A DNA stretch of 63,141 bases, the filler included. It is 6 parts of 6 records of this genome, joined end to end, with 100 filler letters (N's around TTAATTAATTAA, not from the genome) between each part and the next. Parts side by side here need not be neighbours in the genome. Positions count along the whole stretch, not along the records: positions 1 to 9,772 come from SRR31156797_26798; positions 9,873 to 19,161 come from SRR31156797_26806; 4 more parts are not named here. One strand, written 5' to 3'. The notes below the pieces were generated by a model. It worked only from the letters and a program-made list of their open reading frames with translations, made no database searches and had not been told where the DNA came from. Within the stretch, counting starts at the first letter, position 1, and each line of letters begins with the position of its first letter. Positions 1-9,874 of the stretch are shown piece by piece. Made by a program: the position numbers and the translations under genes.

Positions 1-71
1 AAAAAAGATAAGTAAGCTGTCCCCGGAATTTGTTAGTTCAACGTTATCTACATTAACAAATTGAGGCAATT

Positions 72-1247
72 ATGAAGAAAATAATCGGCAGAGATCTTTC
101 TCCTTCAAACGAAATATCCTGGGTTCCTGATGAAGGTACTTTCCCAATAAAACATTCTATTTCGGGAAACCGCTTCGGTGGATTGATTGCTCTGTTGATC
201 GGTTCCCTTTGGATTTACTTTTTTATCGAGGATATATTCAAAGCATTGAACCCAACGTTTCCGCCTCTGCAACTATTGATGATGGCACTCATTACTCTTC
301 CGGGCCTTTTCATTCTGATCTATGGAATGCGCCAATTTGTCTATCATGAAGAAACCATCATCGATAAGAATCATGTTTCATGGAAACGTCGGGGACTCAT
401 CATGACACGACAATGGCAGGAAGCGATTTCAGATTATCAAGGCGTGCTCAAAGAGCACTTTTATTGGCATGGGAAACGGCGTTCAAATTATATGAGCTAT
501 CTTATTTGGTTAGACCATTCTGATTATCGAAAGGTAATTTTGCTGTATAAAGCAAATAGCAGCATGCTCGTCCCTCCGGTTGAATGGAATGAGAAATGGA
601 GGCGTTTTGCAGAGCTGTTCCAATTGCCTGTTCTGGAAAAGACAGAAAGTGGGATAAGCTCTTCGGATTTCCACGACCTGGAAAAACCCCTGATCAACAA
701 GATTCGTGATGGAAAACGAAAGGTCATTCACATCAACCCTCAGGAGGCAAAATTGGGACGGATGGCCAAACTCACCCATGAAGATAATTTGTGGGTTATC
801 ACCTGTTACCCGGTGTGGACTAATTGGAAAAGTATTGCAGGCCTGATTGTTCTGGTCGTTTTTTTACTAGGCACCTATGCCTATGGGCTCATTGACACGC
901 AATTATTCAGATATTCCCTATTGATTGTACCTGTGTGTATAATTGCAATAGGTTTATCCATACGAAAGCATATTGCTAGACCAGAGCAACTTGCCCTCGA
1001 CAAAAAATACATTTATTACCGGTACTGGCATAAACAAAAGGGATTTGTAACCGATGATATTCCCTTACTTTCAATCTCTAATATTTCAGTCAAGTCAAAC
1101 CCCATGCATTTTAGGTCTGCGGCAGATATCGTTATCGAGGGAAAGAATAGGAGCATCCGCTTTGGTTGGTGGTTGCCTAAGAAAACGAAGCTGCGCATCG
1201 AAAGCCTAGTAATTTCATTGATTGCCAATGATTTAACTGACAGCTGA
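72..1247 (+). CDS. Hypothetical membrane protein, apparently two TM-hairpin plus soluble-domain modules
   Basis: 391-aa ORF with GAGG RBS; two pairs of hydrophobic helices, each followed by a beta-rich segment; more AT-rich than downstream genes. Confidence 0.7.
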   Translation: MKKIIGRDLSPSNEISWVPDEGTFPIKHSISGNRFGGLIALLIGSLWIYFFIEDIFKALNPTFPPLQLLMMALITLPGLFILIYGMRQFVYHEETIIDKNHVSWKRRGLIMTRQWQEAISDYQGVLKEHFYWHGKRRSNYMSYLIWLDHSDYRKVILLYKANSSMLVPPVEWNEKWRRFAELFQLPVLEKTESGISSSDFHDLEKPLINKIRDGKRKVIHINPQEAKLGRMAKLTHEDNLWVITCYPVWTNWKSIAGLIVLVVFLLGTYAYGLIDTQLFRYSLLIVPVCIIAIGLSIRKHIARPEQLALDKKYIYYRYWHKQKGFVTDDIPLLSISNISVKSNPMHFRSAADIVIEGKNRSIRFGWWLPKKTKLRIESLVISLIANDLTDS

Positions 1248-1262
1248 TTAATTGGAAAAAAG

Positions 1263-1324
1263 GGGGCCAAATCTACGTTTGACCTATCTTGTCGTATAGA
1301 AGCGTCAAGCGTAGACTTGATCCC
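1263..1324. repeat. Imperfect inverted repeat (REP-like hairpin)
   Basis: GGGGCCAAATCTACGTTTGAC (1263-1283) vs reverse complement of GTCAAGCGTAGACTTGATCCC (1304-1324); 17/21 identity, 20-nt loop. Confidence 0.6.
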
Positions 1325-1484
1325 GCTAGAAGATGCACGGGTCAATAAGCTCATCCTTCACCGGAATGGGCGTGATCTGGTGGCCTTTCGGAAAAACTAA
1401 AATTAGGGAAGAGACCGGGATCCGAAGAAGGAACTCGGTTTTTTGTTGACATATTCGGTTTTTTAAAATAGCACATGACTCATG

Positions 1485-1672
1485 TTTCAGGTGCCCGAAT
1501 GGGCATAATATGGGAACCCTGTTAAAATCAGGGACGGGCCCGCCGCTGTAATCCCGCCTTTTCCATTATTTTCAGGAAAAGGAACTCCATAAACTTTACG
1601 TGCCACTGATGTTTGGAATGCGAATCGGGAAGGCCGTTTATGGGGCGGGAAAGCCAGAAGACCTGCCTGGAA
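1485..1672 (+). ncRNA. Cobalamin (AdoCbl) riboswitch
   Basis: Hallmark blocks in order: AGGTGC, GGGAACCCTGTTAAAATCAGGGACGG, CCCGCCGCTGTAA, GCCACTG, GGGAAGGC, B12 box AGCCAGAAGACCTGCC; TTGACA at 1446 upstream. Confidence 0.95.
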
Positions 1673-1778
1673 TCGGAATATGGCCCCGTGGACAAGGGTC
1701 TGATATACAATCTGAGGAAAAACCAGGGAATCCCAGATCATTTATTTCAAATGGTCCGGGTTTTTTTTTGCCGATGAT

Positions 1779-2651
1779 ATGAGAAAACAACCTGTTATCC
1801 ATAAACGCAAACGAAAGAACGGAAAGTGCCGGTTCATAATTATGCCATTGAATGGGCTCATGACAGTGGGTGTTTTGTGGTTGGCCACGGCAAGCGCGGT
1901 GCATGCATTGCCCATTGAGGATGATCTTCTTTTTTTTGAATACCTTGGGCAGGAAAGAGAAGCAAACGGGCAAGTGACTCAGCACTTTGCATTACGCTTC
2001 AATGGTCCTGAACTTGATTTTTTAGATGTTTTTGTTCAACAAGACGGCGACCCAACCCTTTATCGGGCAAAAGTGGAAAATAAAAACGTCGCTGTTTCCT
2101 CCTATAGGGTTTCCTTCTTTCGCCTTTTTGCATTTGGTGGATCGAAGAACCGGCATTACATTGCCCAGGCGGATTTTCCCGGATTTGGAAACTCAAAAAT
2201 AAAGGTGAAAAGGCAGCCGGCGGTACCGCCGAAGGAACCCATGCCCGTCATTGATCTTGTGTCTCCCGAATTCAATTATTGGCCCCAGACCGGTCAGCGC
2301 TTTGTCTTCAGACTAAATCCAAATATTGCGCCAAATGATATTGAATTATTCGTTCTGGAAAACGGGCGGTTAAGAGCTCTGGCGCCTGATGGAAAAAGGG
2401 GCTTTTCATATGTTCCGCCCCACGACAACCGGCTAAGAAATGAAAGCGCAAAGGCATGTCGCCAGGATACGATTATTGCACGGATAAAAGACGGCAATGA
2501 CACGTGCAAAATATCCTATGCCATGCGGTTGCATCGATCCAGAACCGCATTTCTTGATCAAAAAGCGGGTGTTGTTCTATTGCTGGCCGCTGCATTATTT
2601 TTTGGCATGTGGGTAGTTAGGAAGCGAAAGAGATCGATAACGCCATGGTAG
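1779..2651 (+). CDS. Hypothetical exported, C-terminally membrane-anchored protein (true start may be ATG near 1842 or 1860)
   Basis: Signal-peptide-like TVGVLWLATASAVHA; C-terminal TM helix plus basic tail; overlaps next gene; first gene after riboswitch. Confidence 0.7.
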   Translation: MRKQPVIHKRKRKNGKCRFIIMPLNGLMTVGVLWLATASAVHALPIEDDLLFFEYLGQEREANGQVTQHFALRFNGPELDFLDVFVQQDGDPTLYRAKVENKNVAVSSYRVSFFRLFAFGGSKNRHYIAQADFPGFGNSKIKVKRQPAVPPKEPMPVIDLVSPEFNYWPQTGQRFVFRLNPNIAPNDIELFVLENGRLRALAPDGKRGFSYVPPHDNRLRNESAKACRQDTIIARIKDGNDTCKISYAMRLHRSRTAFLDQKAGVVLLLAAALFFGMWVVRKRKRSITPW

Positions 2652-3583
2652 AACGGATCCGATTGATCATACAGCATTTGTCTTTTCTCTTTTTTATCTA
2701 TGGCGGCCGGTTGGGGGTTCAACTGGGAAATTCGGTTCCTTGTTTTTCCTGCCCCTATGTGAGCGGGTGCGCCGGGCACTGTTATCTCATGGCGTTGCAG
2801 CGGAGTCAGGTGGGCTTTCAGGTTTCATTTGACTATCTCTTTTCCCAGTCCGGATTGCGGGTCCTATGGCCGTTTGTTGTCTTCCTGCTCTTTTTCATCC
2901 CACTTTCAAAACTGTGGTGTGGGTGGCTCTGTCCCTTTTGCCTGTTTCAGGACTGGATCACCATGATCCGGAAAAAAATGGGGATACGACAGATGGTCAT
3001 TTCACGGAGGGTCCGGGACAATCTCAGATCCATAAAATACATATTGCTGGCACTCTCTATCGTTATACCCCTTAGCATTGCCAATTTCGGACTGCATCCG
3101 GACTGGGCACTCCCCTTTTGCCAGATCTGCCCGGCAAAGCCCCTGCTGCCCATGTTCGCGGGCAACTTTTCTCATTTTTCCATTGATTTCACCAATTCCG
3201 TCACCCTGGTATTTACCCTGTTGTCAATGGTGGTTGCCGGCGGCCTCCTTGTGGGCATGTTCTTCAAAGAACGCTTTTTCTGCATGTTTTGCCCCCTGCT
3301 GGGACTGATGCACCTGTTTAAGGCCATCAGCCCTCTGAAATTTGAAAAGAACGTTGAAACCTGCCTTGCATGCGGAAATTGCGAGAGGCTTTGTCCGGTT
3401 GATATCTCCCGGGTCCACCTGGAAAAAGAGAAAAAAGATGTCCTGACCCAGGACTGTATGGCCTGCATGAGCTGCGTTGAGTCCTGTCCCGGCGACGGGG
3501 TGTTGACCTTTAAATGGTTCAAGTTCAAGCTGTTTTCTTCCTCCAGATCATATCTTGCCCGAAAATGGAGTGTGAAAAATTGA
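2645..3583 (+). CDS. Membrane-bound 4Fe-4S binding protein (NapH/MauN-type)
   Basis: TM helices, CGWLCP and CMFCP motifs, two ferredoxin motifs CLACGNCERLCP and CMACMSCVESCP. Confidence 0.88.
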   Translation: MVERIRLIIQHLSFLFFIYGGRLGVQLGNSVPCFSCPYVSGCAGHCYLMALQRSQVGFQVSFDYLFSQSGLRVLWPFVVFLLFFIPLSKLWCGWLCPFCLFQDWITMIRKKMGIRQMVISRRVRDNLRSIKYILLALSIVIPLSIANFGLHPDWALPFCQICPAKPLLPMFAGNFSHFSIDFTNSVTLVFTLLSMVVAGGLLVGMFFKERFFCMFCPLLGLMHLFKAISPLKFEKNVETCLACGNCERLCPVDISRVHLEKEKKDVLTQDCMACMSCVESCPGDGVLTFKWFKFKLFSSSRSYLARKWSVKN

Positions 3584-4815
3584 GTTCGGATAAAATCAAT
3601 AAACGCCTATTGCGGTTGAAACAAAGATTCAGGAAGCAGATCTCAATCGAATATGAAACGCAATTTCAAGATATCAGAAGCCATAAGGATTATGTGCCTG
3701 AAATCGAGCATTTCCTGGATGTTCTAAAATACACCACTCACCCGGAGGAGATGCAAAAAAAGACAAAGTGCAGGCCCCTGTTGACCCTGTGCATTCAGGC
3801 ACCCTTGGAACTATTTTTTGCTTCAGGGATGCGTCCATTCAAATTGGCATGTGGGTCATTTGAGGCCCCTCATTTAGCCGTTCAGCAGTTACCCGCCTTG
3901 ACCTGCCCCATGATGAAGTCCGTGATCGGAATGCTCAATAGCCGTGATGGGGAAGATGTGCCGGCTTATAAAGCCGTAATTCCCACCACGTGCGATTGGG
4001 TCGTAAAATTTTCCGAATTAACCGGCATGGATGAAACCTTCAATTTTCATATGGAATTGCCCCATATGAGAGAAAAAGAGACGTCATCACGGCGTTGGCT
4101 TGAAGAAGTATACGCTTTAAAAAAATGGCTTGAAGAAATATCGGGCAAAAGGATTTTAAAAAAAGACCTCATGAACGCCGTTTCAACATTCATGACCGCT
4201 TACCAGATGTTTTCCGAACTCATTGAACTAAGAAGGGGACATCAGGTACCGTCGGTTCATTTCGCGGTCATAACCAATGCACTGGTCTATGATGACATCA
4301 ATGAATGGATCATTCATGTGGACCGCTACATTGCCGGTTTGAATGGAAGACCGAAGGATCGCATACCGGTATTCTTGGCCGGATCTCCCATACTATTTCC
4401 CAATTACAAACTTCTAAAGCTCATTGAAGACGCCGGCATGAGTGTTATTGCGGATGATTTATGCTCCATGGAGCGCGTTTTCCCGGGGGCTACCTGTTAT
4501 GAAGACCCGTCGGAATACGGATTGATGCGGGCATTGGGGGAACGAAACCACAAGGCATGCATCTGCCCGACCTTTGCCGACAATCAAAGACGCGTGAATT
4601 CCATGCTGAATGTGTTGATAAAGGAAGATATTAAAGGGATTATTTTCCATGTATTAAAGGGATGTCATCCCTATGATATTGAATCGGTGATTGTCGAAAA
4701 GAAATTAAAGGCATCGGGTTACCGATTCCTAAAAGTAGAAACGGATTATGTGAAAGAGGATGAACAAAATATTGTCACACGGCTTGAGGCATTCGGGCAA
4801 ACCCTTGATCAGTGA
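3580..4815 (+). CDS. 2-hydroxyacyl-CoA dehydratase-family Fe-S protein, double-cubane cluster protein (DCCP)-like
   Basis: Cys motifs TLCIQAP, ACG, TCPMMKS, TTCD, DDLCS, CICP, GCHPY; C-terminal ETDY..TRLEAF; probable TTG start at 3580 overlapping the upstream stop, with GGAG RBS. Confidence 0.85.
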   Translation: MSSDKINKRLLRLKQRFRKQISIEYETQFQDIRSHKDYVPEIEHFLDVLKYTTHPEEMQKKTKCRPLLTLCIQAPLELFFASGMRPFKLACGSFEAPHLAVQQLPALTCPMMKSVIGMLNSRDGEDVPAYKAVIPTTCDWVVKFSELTGMDETFNFHMELPHMREKETSSRRWLEEVYALKKWLEEISGKRILKKDLMNAVSTFMTAYQMFSELIELRRGHQVPSVHFAVITNALVYDDINEWIIHVDRYIAGLNGRPKDRIPVFLAGSPILFPNYKLLKLIEDAGMSVIADDLCSMERVFPGATCYEDPSEYGLMRALGERNHKACICPTFADNQRRVNSMLNVLIKEDIKGIIFHVLKGCHPYDIESVIVEKKLKASGYRFLKVETDYVKEDEQNIVTRLEAFGQTLDQ

Positions 4816-4836
4816 CACAATGAATGGGATTTTTTC

Positions 4837-5595
4837 ATGAAAATCGGAATAGATGTGGGAAGTACGGCAATTAAGACCGTTTTTGTAAAGTCGGATCAAA
4901 TTGTATGGAAAAAGGCGGTCCCCACCAGACCGGGGCAACCGGAACTGGTGGACCGGATTATGGAAGAAGGGATGAAAGCGTGCCACGTTGTAAAAGCGGA
5001 CATAGAAAAAAGATGCGTAACCGGTTATGGGCGCAACCTGATCGCCGGAAGTGATTTTACGGTGGACGAACTCTCCGCAAATGCGGCGGGCATCCATCGT
5101 CTCACATCCGGTAAGGCAAGGACCGTCATTAATATCGGCGGGCAGGACGTAAAGATCATCAAGTTGTCCCCTACGGGAAAAATCTTCGATTTCAGGATGA
5201 ATGACAAATGTGCGGCAGGCACCGGGCGTTTTTTTGAAATTGCCGCCAAAATACTGGATACGCCTCTCGAAGCGTTTCACACGGCGGGCATGGAGGCCCA
5301 CGAGGCCGTCGGCATCAACAGTACCTGTGCCGTCTTTGCGGAGAGCGAGATCGTTTCCCTCATGGCCCAGGGCATCCATAAAAACGCTATTATTAAAGGG
5401 ATCAATAGTGCCGTGGCGCGGCGCATCGCCAATCTGGCGGGAAACGGTGCATTGGAAGAAGATGTCTATATTGACGGCGGCCCGGCAATGAACAAAGGCT
5501 TGGTTGAATGTTTGGAAGATGAGCTGTTCTGTGATATTGATGTGCTTGAAGTTCCTCAATTTACGGTTGCATTTGGGACCCTGTTCGTAGAGTAG
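4837..5595 (+). CDS. ATP-dependent acyl-CoA dehydratase activase (HgdC/BadF-BcrAD ASKHA family)
   Basis: GIDVGST, TGYGR, IGGQDVK, MNDKCAAGTGRF, STCAVFAESE motifs. Confidence 0.93.
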   Translation: MKIGIDVGSTAIKTVFVKSDQIVWKKAVPTRPGQPELVDRIMEEGMKACHVVKADIEKRCVTGYGRNLIAGSDFTVDELSANAAGIHRLTSGKARTVINIGGQDVKIIKLSPTGKIFDFRMNDKCAAGTGRFFEIAAKILDTPLEAFHTAGMEAHEAVGINSTCAVFAESEIVSLMAQGIHKNAIIKGINSAVARRIANLAGNGALEEDVYIDGGPAMNKGLVECLEDELFCDIDVLEVPQFTVAFGTLFVE

Positions 5596-5940
5596 CCCCT
5601 CCCCGAACCCTCCTCAGGGTTCATGGAGCGGGTATTCCGTCAGCCACGGTTACGCCGGAGATGATATGCCCACAGGCGTTTGCCGGATCAATGGCCCGGC
5701 AGTGGCGCCGACTGTTTGTCCGTTTCTTCTGAATATCGTCAATATTTTTTGTGTTGACCATTTTTTTGACACTTTGGTTCATGGGGTGTCGCCTCAAATC
5801 TTCCATACTATAGCGTTCTCCTAGTGTTTACGGGGGAGCGCCGATGTTTCTTTTTTTTTGGGCACAATTCTTGCAATTTCTCCAATCAACGGCTTTTGAT
5901 TCAAGAAAATTCTTTTACCGGGGCATTTCTTAACGTCGGG

Positions 5941-7782
5941 ATGTTGCCGCTGCAACAGATAAGACCCGACCCTCGGAGCAGGCGGAAAATCATGTTGAAT
6001 ATTTTGGAGTGTACGCCGATTGCGCAATTCGGCATCGGCCTGGATCATAAAATTACCCATTGGAATCGATCATGCGAGCTTCTGACGGGATATTCGTCGG
6101 AAGAAATGATCGGAACGGATCGCCAATGGGTCCCCTTTTATTCCGAAAAACGTCCCGTTCTCGCTGATCTTATCCTTGCCGATGATTTTAATCTGTTTCA
6201 AGATATTTATCAGGGAAAGAAGGCTTCAAAATCGGAGGTTGTTCCCTTCGCCTGGCAGGCTACCGATTACTTTGAAAACATCGGCGGCAAGCCTCGGCAT
6301 ATCTTCTTCGTAGCGGCGCTTGCCGTTGATCCCGACGGCAAAAAAGTGGGCGCGGTGGAAACCCTTCAGGATATTACGACCCGGGTTAATGCGGAAAGAG
6401 ATCTCATTGCCGGTGAAAAACGGTACCGAATGCTCACTGAAAAGGTGGCCGACGGGATTATACTCTTTCAGGAAGGGAGACTGATGTTCGCAAACAGTGT
6501 TTCCGCCCAAATACTCGGTTGCGAACGTGCGGAAGAACTGGTCGGGCGGCAAACCAGGGATTTCATCGCCAAGGATTTCAGGGAGTCTTTTGAAATCATG
6601 AGACAGGAATTCGCGGCGGGAAAGTTCCACGAAAAAATCGTTAAAATGAAGTGCCTCAAGGCCGATGGCCGGGAGATCTGGATAGAGGCCCACAATGAAT
6701 ATATTCAATGGGAAGGCAAGCCCGCCGTTCTGGCCACGGTAAGGGATATCACCCAGGCGAGAATTCGGGAGATGGCCATTCAGGCGGAAACGGCCTCCCT
6801 TCGAATGGAAAACAAACGTTTGAAATGTGCCGCAGGGGATCGCTATCGTTTTGGAAACATTGTCGGAAAAAGCCAGGTGATGCAGAATGTTTATGATGTT
6901 ATCCTGAAGGCCGCCGCAACCGATGAAAATGTTATTATTTACGGAGAATCCGGAACGGGCAAAGAGCTTGTGGCAAGGGCCGTCCATGAGATGAGTGATC
7001 GGAAAACGGGTGAATTTGTGCCGGTGAACTGCGGGGCCATCCCTGAAGCACTCATTGAAAGCGAGTTTTTCGGGCACAAAAGAGGGGCTTTCACGGGTGC
7101 CGTTGCCGAAACCCACGGATACCTGGCACTGGCCCGTGGCGGGGTCCTTTTTCTGGATGAAATCGGTGATTTCCCCTTGATTATGCAGGTGAAATTGCTC
7201 CGTGCCATGGAAGGTGGCGGATATACGCCGGTGGGAAGCAGCCGGATCGAAACGTCGGACTGCCGCATCGTTGCCGCCACCAATAAGGACATGAAGGCGT
7301 TGGTGAAAAGCAACCTCATGCGCGAGGATTTTTTTTACAGGATGCACGTGATTCCCATTCAGATGCCGCCTTTGAGGGATCGAAAAGAGGATATCCCCCT
7401 GTTGGTGGAGCATTTCCTTAAAACATATGATAAAGTCGGAAAGAGGCCTATCCTTTCCGGTAGATTAATGGAAGCCATCTATGGTTACCACTGGCCGGGA
7501 AATGTACGTGAACTTGAAAACATGCTGCGTCGGTATCTGGCCGTGGGGCGTGTCGATTTCCTGGAGATGGGCTTTGATCAACCCCATGAATGGGAGAGAA
7601 CAACTTCAAACCCTTATGCATGGGACGGGACGAATCTGGCGGCGTCCGTTGAACGCTTTGAGCGGAACCTGGTTATGGACGCGCTTAAGAAAGCTCAATG
7701 GCATAAAGCAAGGGCCGCGGCCCATCTTGGCATTTCCAGAAGAACCCTTTTCCGGAAACTAAAGAGTCTGGAGCTATCCTAG
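5941..7782 (+). CDS. PAS-PAS sigma-54-dependent transcriptional activator (start uncertain, 5941 or 5992)
   Basis: Two PAS domains, Walker A GESGTGKE, GAFTGA loop, LFLDEIG, WPGNVREL, C-terminal Fis-type HTH. Confidence 0.93.
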   Translation: MLPLQQIRPDPRSRRKIMLNILECTPIAQFGIGLDHKITHWNRSCELLTGYSSEEMIGTDRQWVPFYSEKRPVLADLILADDFNLFQDIYQGKKASKSEVVPFAWQATDYFENIGGKPRHIFFVAALAVDPDGKKVGAVETLQDITTRVNAERDLIAGEKRYRMLTEKVADGIILFQEGRLMFANSVSAQILGCERAEELVGRQTRDFIAKDFRESFEIMRQEFAAGKFHEKIVKMKCLKADGREIWIEAHNEYIQWEGKPAVLATVRDITQARIREMAIQAETASLRMENKRLKCAAGDRYRFGNIVGKSQVMQNVYDVILKAAATDENVIIYGESGTGKELVARAVHEMSDRKTGEFVPVNCGAIPEALIESEFFGHKRGAFTGAVAETHGYLALARGGVLFLDEIGDFPLIMQVKLLRAMEGGGYTPVGSSRIETSDCRIVAATNKDMKALVKSNLMREDFFYRMHVIPIQMPPLRDRKEDIPLLVEHFLKTYDKVGKRPILSGRLMEAIYGYHWPGNVRELENMLRRYLAVGRVDFLEMGFDQPHEWERTTSNPYAWDGTNLAASVERFERNLVMDALKKAQWHKARAAAHLGISRRTLFRKLKSLELS

Positions 7783-7969
7783 TCCCATTTCGGGACATAT
7801 CTGTCCCATTATCATATTTCATATTAATTTCAAATAATTATTCCATATGATACCGCTTTGGTGTGCCATGGGTGTCCCGGTACGCCTTGGGAGCCGATCC
7901 GGCACAGAATTGTGGTAGAAGCAAAATATCTTCATCATTACAGATAGTTAAATTCCACCATGAGCTTGT

Positions 7970-7985
7970 TGGCATTTGTCTTGCT
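7970..7985 (+). promoter_or_regulatory. Sigma-54 (-24/-12) promoter
   Basis: TGGCAT-TTGTC-TTGCT matches TGGCAC-N5-TTGCW with exact spacing; 35 nt upstream of the receiver gene; adjacent to a bEBP gene. Confidence 0.8.
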
Positions 7986-8020
7986 AAAAAGACCCATGAC
8001 GGGATCAAGAAGGAGGTTTC

Positions 8021-8449
8021 ATGAATATTTTGCTGGTGGAGGATAACGTGCCCACGGGGAAAACCCTGTCGGAGATCATGAGGGCTTGGGGTCATCATAT
8101 CCAGTGGGTGACCACGGGAGAAGAGGCACTTGCTGAAGTGCGGCGGATCCATTCCGACCTGATCCTTCTGGACATTTCATTACCCGACATCCAGGGGTAT
8201 GAATTGATTCCCGCCATTAAGGGGATACAGCCTGAAGTGGGTATTGTGACCATGACGGGGCACAACTCCCGGGATTTGGAGGCAAAGGTTCGAAAAGAGG
8301 GTATCGTTTACTATATGATCAAGCCGTTTGACCTGAAAATCTTAAGGGATATTTTGGAGCATATTTCAGGAAGGGTGGCCCTCCATGAAAATGACATGTT
8401 CCCTTGGCGTAAATCCTCAAAAACTGGGGACTTTTACAGAATTCAATGA
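8021..8449 (+). CDS. Single-domain response regulator receiver
   Basis: ILLVEDN, LILLDISLPD, MTG, KPFD; AGGAGG RBS. Confidence 0.9.
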   Translation: MNILLVEDNVPTGKTLSEIMRAWGHHIQWVTTGEEALAEVRRIHSDLILLDISLPDIQGYELIPAIKGIQPEVGIVTMTGHNSRDLEAKVRKEGIVYYMIKPFDLKILRDILEHISGRVALHENDMFPWRKSSKTGDFYRIQ

Positions 8450-8470
8450 AAAAATGGAAGGAGTAAAGCG

Positions 8471-9772
8471 ATGAAAAAAAGATCACTCGGTTTTAAACTC
8501 GTAACAGGCGGTATTGCCGTGGTGCTGATTCCGCTGGTGGTGGTGGGCCTTTTTTCGGTGAGCAAAGCTTCACAATCACTTGATGCCCTGGCCAAGGAGC
8601 AGGCCGTGAATATTGCCGGAGAACTGGCGACCATGACGCAACTCGTGCTGCTGGAAGAGATTAAGCTCATTAAGGAGTTGGCGGTGGGACGGCAATTGCG
8701 AATTGCTGCCAAAGCCTTTGCCGATGCGGGCCAAAAAGATGCCGGGCAAAAGATCGACCGGCTGAATGGAAGACTGGCCCATACTCTGAAAAAGGTGGGA
8801 AAAGACTATGAAACAATCATTGTGACCGATAGGTCCGGAACCGTCATTGCCGACAGTGGCGGGGGAAAACTGAAGGGGATTTCCATAAAGGATCGCGACT
8901 ATTTTCATGTGGCCAAAAACGGCAAGGCCAATGTGGGCACGGTGGTGAAATCCAAAATGTCGGGTCTCCCCGTGGTCCCGGTATGTGCTCCGGTATTGTC
9001 GGACGACGGAAAATTTTTGGGAACCGTCACGACGGTTCTGAACATTGATTTTTTGTCGGACAACATCACCTCCGTGAAGGTGGGAGAGACCGGTTACCCC
9101 TTTATGGTGGACAAGAACGGTCTTACCATCGCACACCCCAATAAAAAACATATCCTGGAAACAAACTTGGCGAAACTCAAGGGGATGGAAGGTATCATGG
9201 GGAACATGATGGCCCAAAAGAGCGGCGTGGATGCGTATGTCTTTGAAGGGATAGATAAGATCGCAGGATATGCGCCCGTGGCACTTACGGAATGGAGTAT
9301 CGGCGTCACACAGCCCACGGAGGAATTCATGGGGGCCGCCAATGGCATCAGAAACGTAATCTTGCTCGTGGGAGGGATCTTTCTGGCCCTTACGATCTCG
9401 GCCGTTCTTTTTTTTGCACGAAGCATCACCCGCCCCATCATGCGGGCGGCAAACGGACTCAATGACGGGTCTGAGCAGGTGGCGGCCGCATCCAGTCAGG
9501 TCTCCGCCTCCAGTCAGTCCCTGGCCGAAGGTGCATCCGAATCGGCAGCTTCACTGGAGGAGACATCTTCTTCCTTGGAAGAGATGTCTTCCATGACCCA
9601 GCAAAACGCCAACAATGCCAATGAGGCGGACAGCCTCATGCAGGAAACCAACCATGTGGTCACCCGTGCCGATGAATCAATGGAAAACCTGACCACATCC
9701 ATGCAAGAGATTTCCGCAGCCAGTGAAGAAACCCAGAAAATCATCAAAACCATTGATGAAATCGCTTTTCAG
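8471..9772 (+). CDS. Methyl-accepting chemotaxis protein with dCache sensor (3'-truncated at contig end)
   Basis: TM-dCache (DRDYF, GETGYPFMVD..IAHP)-TM, then MCP signalling helix EETSSSLEEM...IIKTIDEIAFQ. Confidence 0.93.
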
Positions 9773-9872
9773 NNNNNNNNNNNNNNNNNNNNNNNNNNNN
9801 NNNNNNNNNNNNNNNNTTAATTAATTAANNNNNNNNNNNNNNNNNNNNNNNNNNNNNNNNNNNNNNNNNNNN
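9773..9872. other. Artificial contig linker
   Basis: 44 N + TTAATTAATTAA (stops in all six frames) + 44 N. Confidence 0.98.
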
Positions 9873-9874
9873 GG

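Noticed and set aside
5621-5806. 61-aa minus-strand ORF between activase and bEBP
   Set aside because: No motif or context support; may be regulatory spacer
4729-7413. Long antisense ORFs (4729-5559, 6226-7413; likewise 8576-9217, 15038-15880, 15887-16474)
   Set aside because: Shadows of well-supported genes on the opposite strand, with no motifs
7900-7916. Second sigma-54 promoter CGGCACAGAATTGT
   Set aside because: Lacks the GC dinucleotide at the required -12 position
9817-9828. Recurrent TTAATTAATTAA palindrome as a biological repeat
   Set aside because: Always embedded in N44 runs; an artificial six-frame stop linker
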